Shown piece by piece: positions 40,548 to 51,345 of a DNA stretch of 64,000 nucleotides; position 1 is the stretch's first letter; every line of letters begins with the position of its first letter. The translations under genes were made by a program, and so were the position numbers. Below the pieces are notes generated by a model, which worked only from the letters and a program-made list of their open reading frames with translations, made no database searches and was not told the DNA's origin. Source of the DNA: a virus (Duplodnaviria; Caudoviricetes); the IMG/VR virus record IMGVR_UViG_3300031994_000004. The stretch is one strand, 5' to 3'.

Positions 40548-40862
40548 ATGCGAATAGATGAAGCTAAACAAATCCTAAAGAACAATGGCTACATTGTAGA
40601 ATCTACAAACAAAACTGAGATTGACTGTAGTAATTGGCACTGGGTAAAGTCAATGTCTAGTTATAACAACAATTACTATTACGATACTTTGAGTAATGAT
40701 GAATTTTATCTTGAAGAATGTGATGAAGATTATGGAGATTATCTTTATTACACCTGCGATAAATCAGGAAAGAAGCTAAAATACTTAGGATTTACAAACC
40801 GTGAAGGTAGTGTTGAGAACTGTAATGGTAAACTTGTATTAGATACAAGTATGCCTACATAA
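40548..40862 (+). CDS. Leader-family protein
   Basis: MRIDEAKQILKNNGYIVE. Confidence 0.6.
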   Translation: MRIDEAKQILKNNGYIVESTNKTEIDCSNWHWVKSMSSYNNNYYYDTLSNDEFYLEECDEDYGDYLYYTCDKSGKKLKYLGFTNREGSVENCNGKLVLDTSMPT

Positions 40863-40895
40863 ATAGTGTAATTTTAAGTTTGGTATTGTTGTGAT

Positions 40896-41549
40896 ATGAA
40901 TTTTGTTTCTTCACATCCAGCATTTAACGATACGATAGATTCTTTAAAGAATGAATTTAAAGACGATAAATCTAATAATGTAATCATTTGCGGGGCTCAC
41001 GATTTTTCAAGAACACAGTCTATTGACTTTTATAAGAAAAAGTATGATAAAGTAATCGTGTTTAATCAAGAACCTTTGACAGCAACTCAAAGACAATTTA
41101 TGCACAAAGGTTATTTTGCTTGGTTGAAACAAGCAGATGAAGTCTGGGACTATGATGAACAGAATATAGAAGTTTTAAAGTTGATTAGACCAGATGTTAA
41201 GTTGCATATATTGAAACCATATAAAGACTGGAGTAAATATGCTCCAGTTGCGAAGGATATAGATATATTGTTCTATGGTTCAATGAATGAGCATAGAGCG
41301 AAGATACTGAATGAGTTGAAGAAAAAGTATAAAGTTGTGATACTTACTAATTGTTGGAATACAAATGAATTAGATGATTATATTTTAAGAAGCAAAATAC
41401 TATTAAATATCCATTATTATTATGAGAGTTCAATGCAGGAACAGGCTAGAATGATTAGATGGATAGGTAGTCCTTGTAGAATTATTAGTGAGAAGAGTTA
41501 TAAAAATTATTTAAATGTTGAAGAAATAGAAAATTGGAGTTTAGTATAA
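40896..41549 (+). CDS. GT-B-like glycosyltransferase
   Basis: N.EP, VWDY, KDIDILFYGS..R, SKILLNIH and IISE motifs; CATAAATA at 40858. Confidence 0.6.
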   Translation: MNFVSSHPAFNDTIDSLKNEFKDDKSNNVIICGAHDFSRTQSIDFYKKKYDKVIVFNQEPLTATQRQFMHKGYFAWLKQADEVWDYDEQNIEVLKLIRPDVKLHILKPYKDWSKYAPVAKDIDILFYGSMNEHRAKILNELKKKYKVVILTNCWNTNELDDYILRSKILLNIHYYYESSMQEQARMIRWIGSPCRIISEKSYKNYLNVEEIENWSLV

Positions 41550-42170
41550 ATGCTTAATGATTTAGGAATAAAATATCATACAGATAAAGCATATAATCAT
41601 AAATTTTGTGATTTATATGAGAAAAATTTTAATAAAGAAATATCAAATCTATGGGAGATAGGTATATTAGATGGTGCTTCTTTACGTATGTGGAGTGAGT
41701 ATTTACCAAATGCTAATATAACAGGTTTTGATATAGAAGATAAAAGTTCATTATCTTTTAATAAAAATGTTAATGTTAAATTATTAGACCAGAGTAATAA
41801 AGAACAGTTAGAAAAATTATCAAATGAAAATAAAGATATTGACATTATAATTGATGATGGTTCACATATAATTGAACATCAGATTATGACATTTGAATTG
41901 TTGTTTAATTCTTTAAAATCTGGTGGACAATATATTATAGAAGATTTACATACATCTACAAATTTATGTAATTGTAATACATATAAGTTTTTTAATAATA
42001 AAGGAACTTTGCAGTATCTTAATGATATTCTTATTAATAATATACCTAAAGATTATCCTGGTCAATTAAATACATTAAATATAATAGATAAAATTAAGAA
42101 TATACAAATAATAGGAAATTTTGATACAAATGAAAAAAGAAGTTTAACATCTATTATTACACACATTTGA
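41550..42170 (+). CDS. Class I SAM-dependent (sugar O-)methyltransferase
   Basis: TDK..H, EIG...GASL..W, DQS, IIIDDGSH, GG.YIIED. Confidence 0.8.
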   Translation: MLNDLGIKYHTDKAYNHKFCDLYEKNFNKEISNLWEIGILDGASLRMWSEYLPNANITGFDIEDKSSLSFNKNVNVKLLDQSNKEQLEKLSNENKDIDIIIDDGSHIIEHQIMTFELLFNSLKSGGQYIIEDLHTSTNLCNCNTYKFFNNKGTLQYLNDILINNIPKDYPGQLNTLNIIDKIKNIQIIGNFDTNEKRSLTSIITHI

Positions 42171-42172
42171 TT

Positions 42173-42844
42173 ATGACATATTCTATAATACAAGTTGCTA
42201 CAAATAATTATGATAAAATATATGATTGCGTAGATGAAAATTCTACACATAATTTGTTATTTACAGACACAAAAATTGACGCTAAAAATTGGGAAAAAAT
42301 AAAAATAGAAAGTAATAAAAAATTTCCATTTGACACAGTATTTAATATAAGATGGAACCCATTTGAATTTACTGATACTGATTATGTAGTATGGGTTGAT
42401 GGTAGTATTAGAATAAATGGTACTGTGAAAAAATATATTGAACAAATGATTGCTGGTAATTATGATTTTGCTGTTTTAACACATTTTGCTAGAAATAATG
42501 TTTTTTCCGAATACTGTGAATGGTGTAATATAAGAAATTATAATAAAGAAAAAGCATTTTTATGGTTAAAACATTTTGAAGATAATGGGTTGGATATTAA
42601 AAATTCTGGTCTTTATCAGCCAGGTATAATGATTTTTAAAAATAATGTAATAATGCGAGATTTTTGTAATGATATGATTAAAGAATTACATTATCTTGAT
42701 AAAGACCATTATGAAAGATTAGACCAAACAATAATGACAATGCTGTTAAAAACCAAATATAAAAATATAAATTTACTTACTTTATCACATAAAACATATA
42801 TGACTAAAGAGCTAAGTTTTCACGGCAATCATCCAATGAAATAG
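42173..42844 (+). CDS. DUF616-like glycosyltransferase
   Basis: NYD, FTD, WVDGS, H..R and RLDQ; paralog of the N-half of 29716..31179. Confidence 0.65.
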   Translation: MTYSIIQVATNNYDKIYDCVDENSTHNLLFTDTKIDAKNWEKIKIESNKKFPFDTVFNIRWNPFEFTDTDYVVWVDGSIRINGTVKKYIEQMIAGNYDFAVLTHFARNNVFSEYCEWCNIRNYNKEKAFLWLKHFEDNGLDIKNSGLYQPGIMIFKNNVIMRDFCNDMIKELHYLDKDHYERLDQTIMTMLLKTKYKNINLLTLSHKTYMTKELSFHGNHPMK

Positions 42845-42856
42845 GTAAAAATTAAA

Positions 42857-43627
42857 ATGAAAACAAAATTAACCGAAGTTGTATTATTGACAAAATCTTA
42901 TAATCTACAGGATTTCAAAGATTGGCTACATTGGCATTTAGATGTTATTGGTTTTGATTGTTGCCATATTTTTGATAATGAAAGTTCAGTAGACATTAAG
43001 AGTGTTTGCGATTCTTATGATGATAGAGTCACTTATGAACTTGTGAAAGGGTGGCCGAATCAATATTTGCTTTATAATAGATACATCAATAATGAAAGTC
43101 CTGCGTGGTGGGTATTACCTATTGACGATGACGAATATTTATGGATGAAAAATTTTAATAAAGTAAATGATATGATTTTGTTTTATCAGGATAAATGGAA
43201 AGATATGACAAAACTCAGCATTCGTTGGCAAAATATGTTTCCAAAAGACCCATTAGCTGAAAGAGGTAATAAATCTTTAATGGAATTTAATACTGAAGTA
43301 AATGAGAAGTGGGCTAATTTATTTGATGGCGGAAATAAACCAGTTAAGACATTTGTTTGTACAAAATATAAAGTAAATCATAGTATAGAATTAGGGAATC
43401 AAACACATAATCCAATAACAAATGGTTCTAAATCTTATATGTGTAATGGAGATAGACTTGAAGGAAATTGGTATTATGGTTCTAATGACGATGATATTAA
43501 ATTATTACATTTCCAATTTAAATCAAATAAAGAATGGAATGATAAAATAAATAATAGCATTGAGGCTGGAACAGGTAATTCATATAAAAGATATTTAGCA
43601 AGGAATGTAATTAAAGGAATGGTATAA
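42857..43627 (+). CDS. GT-A glycosyltransferase (GT92/GT2-like)
   Basis: FDNES, PIDDDEY, HFQFKS; paralog of 19408..20316. Confidence 0.7.
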   Translation: MKTKLTEVVLLTKSYNLQDFKDWLHWHLDVIGFDCCHIFDNESSVDIKSVCDSYDDRVTYELVKGWPNQYLLYNRYINNESPAWWVLPIDDDEYLWMKNFNKVNDMILFYQDKWKDMTKLSIRWQNMFPKDPLAERGNKSLMEFNTEVNEKWANLFDGGNKPVKTFVCTKYKVNHSIELGNQTHNPITNGSKSYMCNGDRLEGNWYYGSNDDDIKLLHFQFKSNKEWNDKINNSIEAGTGNSYKRYLARNVIKGMV

Positions 43628-44343
43628 TGAAGTATTTTATTGTGCATTATAATACACCAGAATTAACAACTGCATTATGTTCATCAGTAATTAAAAATGA
43701 TAATGATGCTGAAATTTATATTTTTGAAAATTCAGATAAAAGAAAATTTGAAAATGTTTTTCAAAATGTAAAAGTTTTAGATAATTCTAAACACGAAATT
43801 ATAGAATATGAAAAAATTTATGATGATGCAGCAAAGTATTTTACTCAATGGGAAAAAGATATACATTATGGTAGAAAAACTTGGGGAACATTACAACATA
43901 CAAGAGCTGTTCAATGGTTTATAGATACTTTTAATGAAGAATTTATATTGCTGGATTCTGATGTATTAGTAAAAAAACCATTAAATGATATTATAGATAA
44001 TTCCAAATGTGCTTCTTGTGAATTATATTTTAAAGATGGAAAATTAGTTAGAGCTTTGCCATTTTTAATTTATTTTAACCCTAAAAAATTAAAAGAAATT
44101 GGACTTAATTTCTTTGATATATCAAGAATAAATGCTTGTAAAATTGAACACGATACTGGTGGTTCTTTTGGAATAGATATTCTTAAAAATAATATAGATT
44201 ATAAACATATCAATGTAACAGATTATGTTGTTCATTTTGGAAATGGTAGTTTTAGAGGAAATAATTTAACAGCAAATTTACCAAATACAGAATATGGAAC
44301 ATATAAAGATTTTTTAATGCGATATAAAAATCTATGGAAATAA
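43627..44343 (+). CDS. GT-A glycosyltransferase-like protein
   Basis: HYNT, FENS, LLDSD (DxD), DTGG, HFGNGS. Confidence 0.6.
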   Translation: MKYFIVHYNTPELTTALCSSVIKNDNDAEIYIFENSDKRKFENVFQNVKVLDNSKHEIIEYEKIYDDAAKYFTQWEKDIHYGRKTWGTLQHTRAVQWFIDTFNEEFILLDSDVLVKKPLNDIIDNSKCASCELYFKDGKLVRALPFLIYFNPKKLKEIGLNFFDISRINACKIEHDTGGSFGIDILKNNIDYKHINVTDYVVHFGNGSFRGNNLTANLPNTEYGTYKDFLMRYKNLWK

Positions 44344-44446
44344 AGAAATACCGGTTAATTTCCGGTCTTTTTAGTTATTGTATTTCTTGCCGAAACTAGG
44401 GTAATTTTCTGCTGTATATTCTTCGTGTTCCATATCATTGTATTTA

Positions 44447-44512
44447 TGTAAACAAAATTTTACACAATTTTACGCAGTTCCTATTGACAGAACTGCGTTT
44501 TTTAACTATATT
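44447..44512 (+). promoter_or_regulatory. Early promoter with upstream palindrome
   Basis: TGTAAA-N6-TTTACA, 19 nt, TTGACA(44484)-17-TATATT. Confidence 0.8.
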
Positions 44513-44542
44513 TACTTATGTAAAAGAAAGAGGTTAACAACT

Positions 44543-44800
44543 ATGAAGAAAATTATTTTTGCTATGATTTCCGCAACAATGTTTATTGCTTGTGCTGACA
44601 ATGGTGTGTCTTCTCCTAGCGAAATTTGCTATGACAAGAAACTAACTTACAAAGATGTTATTTCCCCGATGTATAGTCAATATGCCGACGAATGGAAAGA
44701 AGGCGCTTGTGTGGCTAAAATTGGTTCTGATTGTGCTGAGTGGGATGCTAATTACACTATCACGGTTCGTGAATGTGCTGAAAATGTTGAATTTCATTAA
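44543..44800 (+). CDS. Small lipoprotein
   Basis: MKK, hydrophobic core, FIA-C lipobox. Confidence 0.65.
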   Translation: MKKIIFAMISATMFIACADNGVSSPSEICYDKKLTYKDVISPMYSQYADEWKEGACVAKIGSDCAEWDANYTITVRECAENVEFH

Positions 44801-44812
44801 GGAGAACTAACA

Positions 44813-45061
44813 ATGCCTATCATTTTCCCATTTACCCAGACCGGTACTGTAATCACAACGGCAGTATTTTTTGTTCTTCTAATTTTCTGTGGTTTAACTG
44901 GAGTTTATTTGGATAGCGAAAAAGACAAGAAACACCGCGTGTTGAGGTTTTCTGTAATCTTTGCTGCGCTGGTAATGATTTATTGTGAATACTGCGCAGT
45001 AAACATTGGTTTCACTCTCAACCCACCGAAGAACGCAACATTTAAATGTGTGGAAAAGTAA
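44813..45061 (+). CDS. Small two-TM membrane protein
   Basis: Two hydrophobic stretches. Confidence 0.6.
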   Translation: MPIIFPFTQTGTVITTAVFFVLLIFCGLTGVYLDSEKDKKHRVLRFSVIFAALVMIYCEYCAVNIGFTLNPPKNATFKCVEK

Positions 45062-45390
45062 TGGAAAGAACTGAATACAACGCAATTTGCAAATCCCGTG
45101 GATATATGGGTTTAACTGACGAAGATAATACCTATATGAAGGGAGATGCCGTTGTTTGCGAGTACTTTGACGGCACTGCCACGGTTTATCCGCATTGTGT
45201 GATTGGTTCATCTAATAAAACTGGGTCAGAGTACGTCGCTACTATATCCTTAAACGAGATTGTAGCAACCACCACGGAACGATTCATTGAAGCGCTGAAC
45301 AAATTTGATATGAAATACAAAGAAGCTCTTCAGCTCATTCGTGAAAATAAGTTGGAAGAAGATTTTGAAGAAGATGACAATGATATGTAA
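45061..45390 (+). CDS. DF-tail family protein (extended tail)
   Basis: NKLEEDF followed by EEDDNDM. Confidence 0.6.
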   Translation: MERTEYNAICKSRGYMGLTDEDNTYMKGDAVVCEYFDGTATVYPHCVIGSSNKTGSEYVATISLNEIVATTTERFIEALNKFDMKYKEALQLIRENKLEEDFEEDDNDM

Positions 45391-45451
45391 ACATTATTTT
45401 ACATAATTATTTAATTTTTTCATTGACAAACTTCAATTTATTTTCTATATT
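45386..45451 (+). promoter_or_regulatory. Early promoter with upstream palindrome
   Basis: TGTAAA-N6-TTTACA, 19 nt, TTGACA(45423)-17-TATATT. Confidence 0.8.
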
Positions 45452-45479
45452 ATTTTCAAACAACGAAAGAGGTAACAAT

Positions 45480-46989
45480 ATGGCAAACGAAATTGAAAAT
45501 TCAATGAACGAAATTGAAAAAATGAGAGCAATAACGAGAATGAACCAGTACAAGAAGTCTACGATGACTGTCCAGGAATTGTATGACAAGTTGGGCGAAT
45601 TCATTAAGAACGGTGATGGCGATGCTATGATTGACGTTGACGATAACTGTGGTGGCTCTTATGCGATGTCCAAAACAATGAACATTTTTGTTTCTCACAC
45701 TAACGAAGATACGCACGGCAAATGGTGCTTCTTCTCGGAGTACTAATATGACAATTAAAGTTTATTCTATTGTTTCTGTTTTCCAGGGCGAAGGTTCCAT
45801 TACTGAACAGGGAACTGACCGAGCAAAGATTAGAGCCAAGTTCAAAGAACAGGTTGAAGATGGTTATTACTATGAAGATTATTCCGAAAATAAAGATGAA
45901 TACTATGGTGATAACTGCCACATCTCGTTTGTAGAAAAGGAGATTGAGGTATAAAATGACCTTTTCCGAAGCATACAAATACCTGGAAGAAAATGGTTGT
46001 ACATTTGAATTTGATGACCCGAGTTTATTCAAATTTAGTACAGTTCATGTTCTGTGGAAGGATGAAGAAATCGGAACTTTGGATAGTTACAATATGACAT
46101 TCACAGTTGATGGTTGGTGTCATCAGTTTAACTACAAATCTATGTGGTATGCTGGACAGAAATCGTTTACTGATTTTATGGAACAAAACTTTTTCAACAA
46201 GAGGTAATAAAAATGTGGATTCTCATTATGACATTAGCATTTTCTAATATGCAGTCAGTTTATAAGGGTGGTGCTGGTTTTGGTGGCGCTGCCGTTGCTA
46301 CTGCCGAATTTAGTACTGAGGGTAAATGTAAAGCTGCTGGTAATCGTTGGGAACTTAGCATTTCAACTTATAAACACGAAATCAAAGACGCTGCCAAGTG
46401 GGTTTGTGTTAAAAAGTAAGGAGTTAAACAATGGACGAATTTTCCGATAAAGAAGTAAAAATGACCCAGCGTGAACTGACATTCATTAAAGCTGCTCAAT
46501 ATGATAAGGGTTGGCGAATGGGTTTGTTTGTTGGTGGAATGTTGGTAGCAGTTACTAATGTTGCGGCTCTCCTGTTCACAAAGTTGGTATAATATGTGTT
46601 ATATTTTGTTTGTATTGTTTCCTGCCGTTTCTGCTGGCACAATAGCATACCTTGATTACAATGGAATTTTACACTCTTAACTTGGAGATTAAAAAATGAA
46701 AGAAGCATTGAAAATAACAAAGAAACATTTTATTGAATCTTTTGAAGAATTTTTTGAATCTATTAGAAAGATTTTTACAACTCCAAATCTGATTGAAAGA
46801 TTTTGTGTATGGGTTATGGTAATTTTCACTGTTGCTTTTGGTACAGCTGCACTTGTAATTCCAATTTTACTTCATACAAATCATGATGTAAGCGGATTTG
46901 TTTTTCTTTCGTTAATTGTAACAGTTCCTATTGAAGTGGTTCTAATAGGTTCTTCAGCAAATTGGATTGTAAAAGTTTATCAGGAGTAA
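45480..46989 (+). CDS. Run of small early ORFs (45480-45746, 45748-45954, 45956-46207, 46213-46419, 46431-46592, 46696-46989), several hydrophobic
   Basis: SD-preceded ORFs; 46431-46592 translated manually. Confidence 0.6.
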
Positions 46990-46994
46990 AACTT

Positions 46995-47537
46995 ATGATT
47001 AACATTTTAGATGAACTTGTTCGTGTTGGTGCTTTCAAATCAAAGGGCGAAGCACGAATGATGATTAAGAACGGTGGTGTTTCTGTAATTAGAGCATTCC
47101 ACGAAAACGCAGTCCCACCTTGTTTTAAGGACAAGACTGTAGATTCCGATATGGAATTTCTCACAGTTTCAGACGAAGATTTTATGCTTGAAACAAAGCT
47201 CGGAATTTCTCGTAAGGAAGATAAGGCAAAGATTTTCTCGCTCAGCAACATTGGTTTCTATGACGGTTTTTCTATGCTAGCAGATGGTACTTTGTTCCCA
47301 GTTCGCATTTGGGATAATCACGGTTGGGATCCGACACTTGCTCGTTTTCGTGAAAACCTCATTTACGGAACTGGAAAGGGAATCCGATTTGACTGTGGTT
47401 GGATAATGACCTGGGATTTGGAAAAGTTCGGAAAGAACCCGTGGCTCATTAACGAAAAGACAGAATTGGAAACTGAACTGAAGAATGGCGATGTTATCAA
47501 GATTGGTAAGAAGCGCACTATCGTAATAGGTGAATAA
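46995..47537 (+). CDS. Protein with a split S4-like RNA-binding domain (TyrRS C-terminal type)
   Basis: LVRVGAFKSKGEARMMIKNGGV ... LKNGDVIKIGKKR, separated by about 130 aa. Confidence 0.6.
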   Translation: MINILDELVRVGAFKSKGEARMMIKNGGVSVIRAFHENAVPPCFKDKTVDSDMEFLTVSDEDFMLETKLGISRKEDKAKIFSLSNIGFYDGFSMLADGTLFPVRIWDNHGWDPTLARFRENLIYGTGKGIRFDCGWIMTWDLEKFGKNPWLINEKTELETELKNGDVIKIGKKRTIVIGE

Positions 47538-48187
47538 ATGGCATTTATTACTTATCACAAATGGGCTGAACTGAATGGTTATGTTCGTAATGATAACTGG
47601 CTTGACCTACCTGATGCCAAAAAGATGATGCGACGTAGAGATAAACTGATATTCAAAGAGATGGAAAAAGGACTGACACCGGAAGAAGAGAAAGAATGCG
47701 CTTCGTTTGACGATTATTGGATGCATGCTTTTGAATATGGACTAGAAACAGTTGACGAAGTAGTGAAATTTAGAGTAAACTATTTTATGGAAGTCGCTGG
47801 AGATAGTTTAGACTCAAAACATAAACTACAAATGAGAAACAGTTTTGAAGCAGAAGTTCGTATGAAATATGCTGAACTGGATGATTATATAACAAAGAAA
47901 AACTGGAAAGTAAAATAAAGGAGATAAATATGTTAATTCATTTTATAGCATCTGACACAGGCAAAGAATATACAGTTGATTGGTATAACGCAGTAGTTAC
48001 GCCGTATGGTGTAGATAAAGAAATCTTTATGGCAGATTTTGTTCCAAATGTTAAATGTAGATGGGGTACACCTTCTAAAGTTAAATATGATAGAACAACT
48101 AATGAATTAACGGTTGATGAATATACTGAAAAAATACTAGAAAACTTAATGAAAGTTTATATAGAAGAAGGTTATAAACAACTTTAA
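47538..48187 (+). CDS. Two hypothetical ORFs (47538-47918, 47930-48187)
   Basis: Coupled ORFs. Confidence 0.6.
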
Positions 48188-48263
48188 ATTACGGAGATAA
48201 AACTATGGGTGGACTTTTATTAGGCATTTTCATTGGCTATCTAATTTGGGGAAATCACGGTTA

Positions 48264-48329
48264 AGTAAACAATTTTTTACATAAAATTGAGTTAAAGTTC
48301 TTGACAAGGTCAGGAACTTTTTCTATATT
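48264..48329 (+). promoter_or_regulatory. Early promoter with upstream palindrome
   Basis: AGTAAA-N6-TTTACA, 19 nt, TTGACA(48301)-17-TATATT. Confidence 0.8.
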
Positions 48330-48359
48330 ATACTTAGAAATTAAACAAGAGGTAACAAA

Positions 48360-49324
48360 ATGACACTAACAAAATTCAATGAAATTGTAAATGACCTTCG
48401 CAACATCTTGGGTAAGCAGGGCTCTCTCGCTGTTACTCCAGATGGAACAGACGAAATTATTATCCATTTAAATGACGATGAAGATATGTTCGTTTGCCGT
48501 TTTATATTTAAGACTACTCTGCTTATGCGAAATGGAAATGTAGAGTTTATTGTTACATTTATTGAATCTGACTATGAACGGCAGCATTGCGAAGCATCTG
48601 AAAAGAAAATTGCAAAAATGATTGTAAAACAATTTGAACAGGAGAATTAAAAATGACTTCACAATTTTTCTATTTGCCCGCAACACAGAAGGTTGAAGAA
48701 GAAGTGCGAATCAAGTTCACACAGGAACGAATCAAGCTTGTGAAGGATTGGCTCCAGGATAAGGTTGTGAACAAGTTCACTGAAAACGATTTTGATTGCT
48801 GTTCTTATTTGCCTGATTTTGGTGCCCGCCGTAGGGTTGTTAATACCAAAATCGTGACTGACAAGGATTGTAACATTACAAAGCAGTATAAGATTGACAC
48901 AAATTATTTCACTCAGGTAACTGATGAATTTTGTGCGAACAATCGTTGTAAGATTGACAAGATGGATTTCACCTACTTGCTCATGCTCACATTTAGGGAC
49001 AATGGAATTTCTGTTAGTCCTGTGCTTGGAACTCTCGCATTTGAACTGGGGGTATAAATGAAGAAGTGGTGGAAGAATTTTATTGACTCAGACGCAAGCA
49101 CTACTGTGTTTATCGTTTTGGTGTTTGTTGTGACGTTCGCAGTTCTGTATTTCGGTATGAGTTACGGAAACGGAAATACTGAAAATGCGAATGGCGAAAA
49201 GGTCCACTATTCACATCCAATTAAAGACCGCGCTCACGGTGGTTTTGGTTATGGATTTGGCTACAGTCCACGAACTCATCGTTTCGGCTATGGATTTGGA
49301 ACTGGAACAATTAACTTTCATTAA
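48360..49324 (+). CDS. Three early ORFs (48360-48650, 48653-49057, and 49058-49324, a membrane protein with GFGYGFG repeats)
   Basis: SD-preceded, coupled. Confidence 0.6.
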
Positions 49325-49336
49325 GGAGTATAACAA

Positions 49337-49873
49337 ATGAAACCTGTAACTTCTGCTCTCCATAATTGGATGTCTGCTCTCTTTGTTCATCCGTTATTTC
49401 GTGGCGCTTCTTTCTTTCACTGTCCTGATGGTGTTGGCAGTACTCATTACAATATGTACATTATTGGAATGACCAGTGTTCCTGACCATCGTTTCAAAGG
49501 ACAGAAGAATATTCTCAAGATTGGATGTTACAATACAAATTCAAATCACATTGAAGTACGAGTTGAAATTGAACAACCAGATGCGATTTTCCAAACTGGT
49601 GAAGATAATGTAGAGTATTATACAAATTTGAAGCTCAAGGACATCATTGAGTTTGTGAAAATTTATAAGACGAATTTTGAATCCAGTTGGAAACGTATGA
49701 TGAATCCGTTTGTTATCTATTTCGTAAAACCACAGGAAGAAGTAAAAGATTATATATCACGAAACGAGGCCGATTATCTCAATTACAAAAATATGGTAAA
49801 AACTTGTTTTGATTTTTTGAACAAACGAGAACAGTTGAATATCCGAATGAAGTCAAAGGAGAGTGATTTCTAA
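49337..49873 (+). CDS. DF-tail family protein
   Basis: Ends KSKESDF. Confidence 0.6.
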   Translation: MKPVTSALHNWMSALFVHPLFRGASFFHCPDGVGSTHYNMYIIGMTSVPDHRFKGQKNILKIGCYNTNSNHIEVRVEIEQPDAIFQTGEDNVEYYTNLKLKDIIEFVKIYKTNFESSWKRMMNPFVIYFVKPQEEVKDYISRNEADYLNYKNMVKTCFDFLNKREQLNIRMKSKESDF

Positions 49874-51010
49874 TGAGTAAGAAGAAACAAATAACTGAAG
49901 ACGAATTCAAATTTGTTATGACAAAGCATAAGGATTTGATTCTGTACTTCACTAGCGAAGAAGAATTAAAATATGAACAAGATACTTATGGTTTTTCAAT
50001 AAACATCTGGAACGATGATTTGTATGGCGATACTTGGGTATCGCTAAAAGATGGTTTTGCGACAGTTCTAGTTTACGATGGTCATTATAACTATTACATA
50101 CCTAAAGAAGGTTTTGAAACTTGGCAAGAATTGGACAGATGGATGTCTGACGGATTTATCAAGGACCATTTGTATGATATGAATTGTGCGAGTAAAGCAC
50201 TTAAGAAACAGTATCTCGGTGATGAAGATTTTAACTATGACCCGTGGAGTAAGAAATAATGTTTAAGATAATTTTCGTTCTAGTAATCAACGCCTATCAC
50301 GGTGGAATGACAACAATAGATTTTACAACTCTTCAACAGTGCGAAACTGCTAGAGAAAAAGTCCAAGCGGCTGCAGCGAGGGGTGCCCGTATTGGTGCAG
50401 TTTGTATTGAAAAGCAAGTTCCACTGAAGAAAACAAAGTGTAAGATAATTAACGATTTCAGTTACAGAAATACAACTTATGAAACTTTAACCGGTTATCC
50501 GTATCCAGTAGCACTTGAATGTGTGGAGGAATAATGAAGAAACTGTTAAACTTTATTATCTTTGTGTACCTCTGTATGCCAATAAGAATAGTATGTTACT
50601 TTGTTTGTGCTTTTCTTGGTTGGCAAGGTTGGAATGAACCATTCTGGGGAAAACTTATTGAATGGTTAAAAGATGAATTTGAAGTTTTGTTACATCCAAT
50701 TAAAACATATAAAAGTATGAAATAAAAGGAATATAAAATGATTAAAGCAAGTGAACTCAGACAAAAGTATTTTGCCGATGACAGTTTCAATGATTCAACA
50801 TTTGAACAGTTAAAAACATTATGCGAAAAGAGTATAATTGCTGCTGCCGAAAAAGGAGAAGATAGTGTAACAATAAACATACCAACAATGTATAAAAAGC
50901 GAATTGCTGGATGGCTGGAAGATAACGAATACACAGTTTTTGGTGTTAATTCCGAATCAGATGAAATGTACATTTTTTGGTCTGAAGATTTAGTTGAGCA
51001 GATGGTTTAA
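49873..51010 (+). CDS. Four hypothetical ORFs (49873-50259, 50259-50534, 50534-50725, 50738-51010)
   Basis: TAATG coupling; 50259-50534 resembles 46213-46419 (hydrophobic start, F.T..C.A...VC..K). Confidence 0.6.
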
Positions 51011-51109
51011 TGTAAAATAAAAGTTACAAAACATTTGGAAGATGTAAATTTATATTTACATCTTTTTTCGTTTTTTTCTATTGACAAACTGCATAAATTA
51101 TTCTATATT
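51011..51109 (+). promoter_or_regulatory. Early promoter with two upstream palindromes
   Basis: TGTAAA-N6-GTTACA (51011) and TGTAAA-N6-TTTACA (51043), 20 nt, TTGACA(51081)-17-TATATT. Confidence 0.8.
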
Positions 51110-51141
51110 ATTAGTGTAAACAAAACAAGAGGTAACAAACT

Positions 51142-51345
51142 ATGCCAAAGACTGTCCCTGAAATGCTTGACGAACTCCGCAACACTCACACAAAGCTTGA
51201 AACTGAACTACGTGATGCTTTGGTGGATTTCCAAAATTACGGTGTAGCTGAAGCAGCCACTCTCGCCAAAAAGCTCCGTAAGTTGGCAACTGAAATGGAA
51301 AATTTTGACAAGGCATATATTGAATGCTTGGAGGCAAATGGCTAA
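51142..51345 (+). CDS. Small helical hypothetical protein
   Basis: SD gagg. Confidence 0.6.
   Translation: MPKTVPEMLDELRNTHTKLETELRDALVDFQNYGVAEAATLAKKLRKLATEMENFDKAYIECLEANG

Noticed and set aside
49873-50259. DF-tail membership (GDEDFNYDPWSKK)
   Set aside because: DF lies 8 aa from the end and the -3 hydrophobic residue is missing; not counted.
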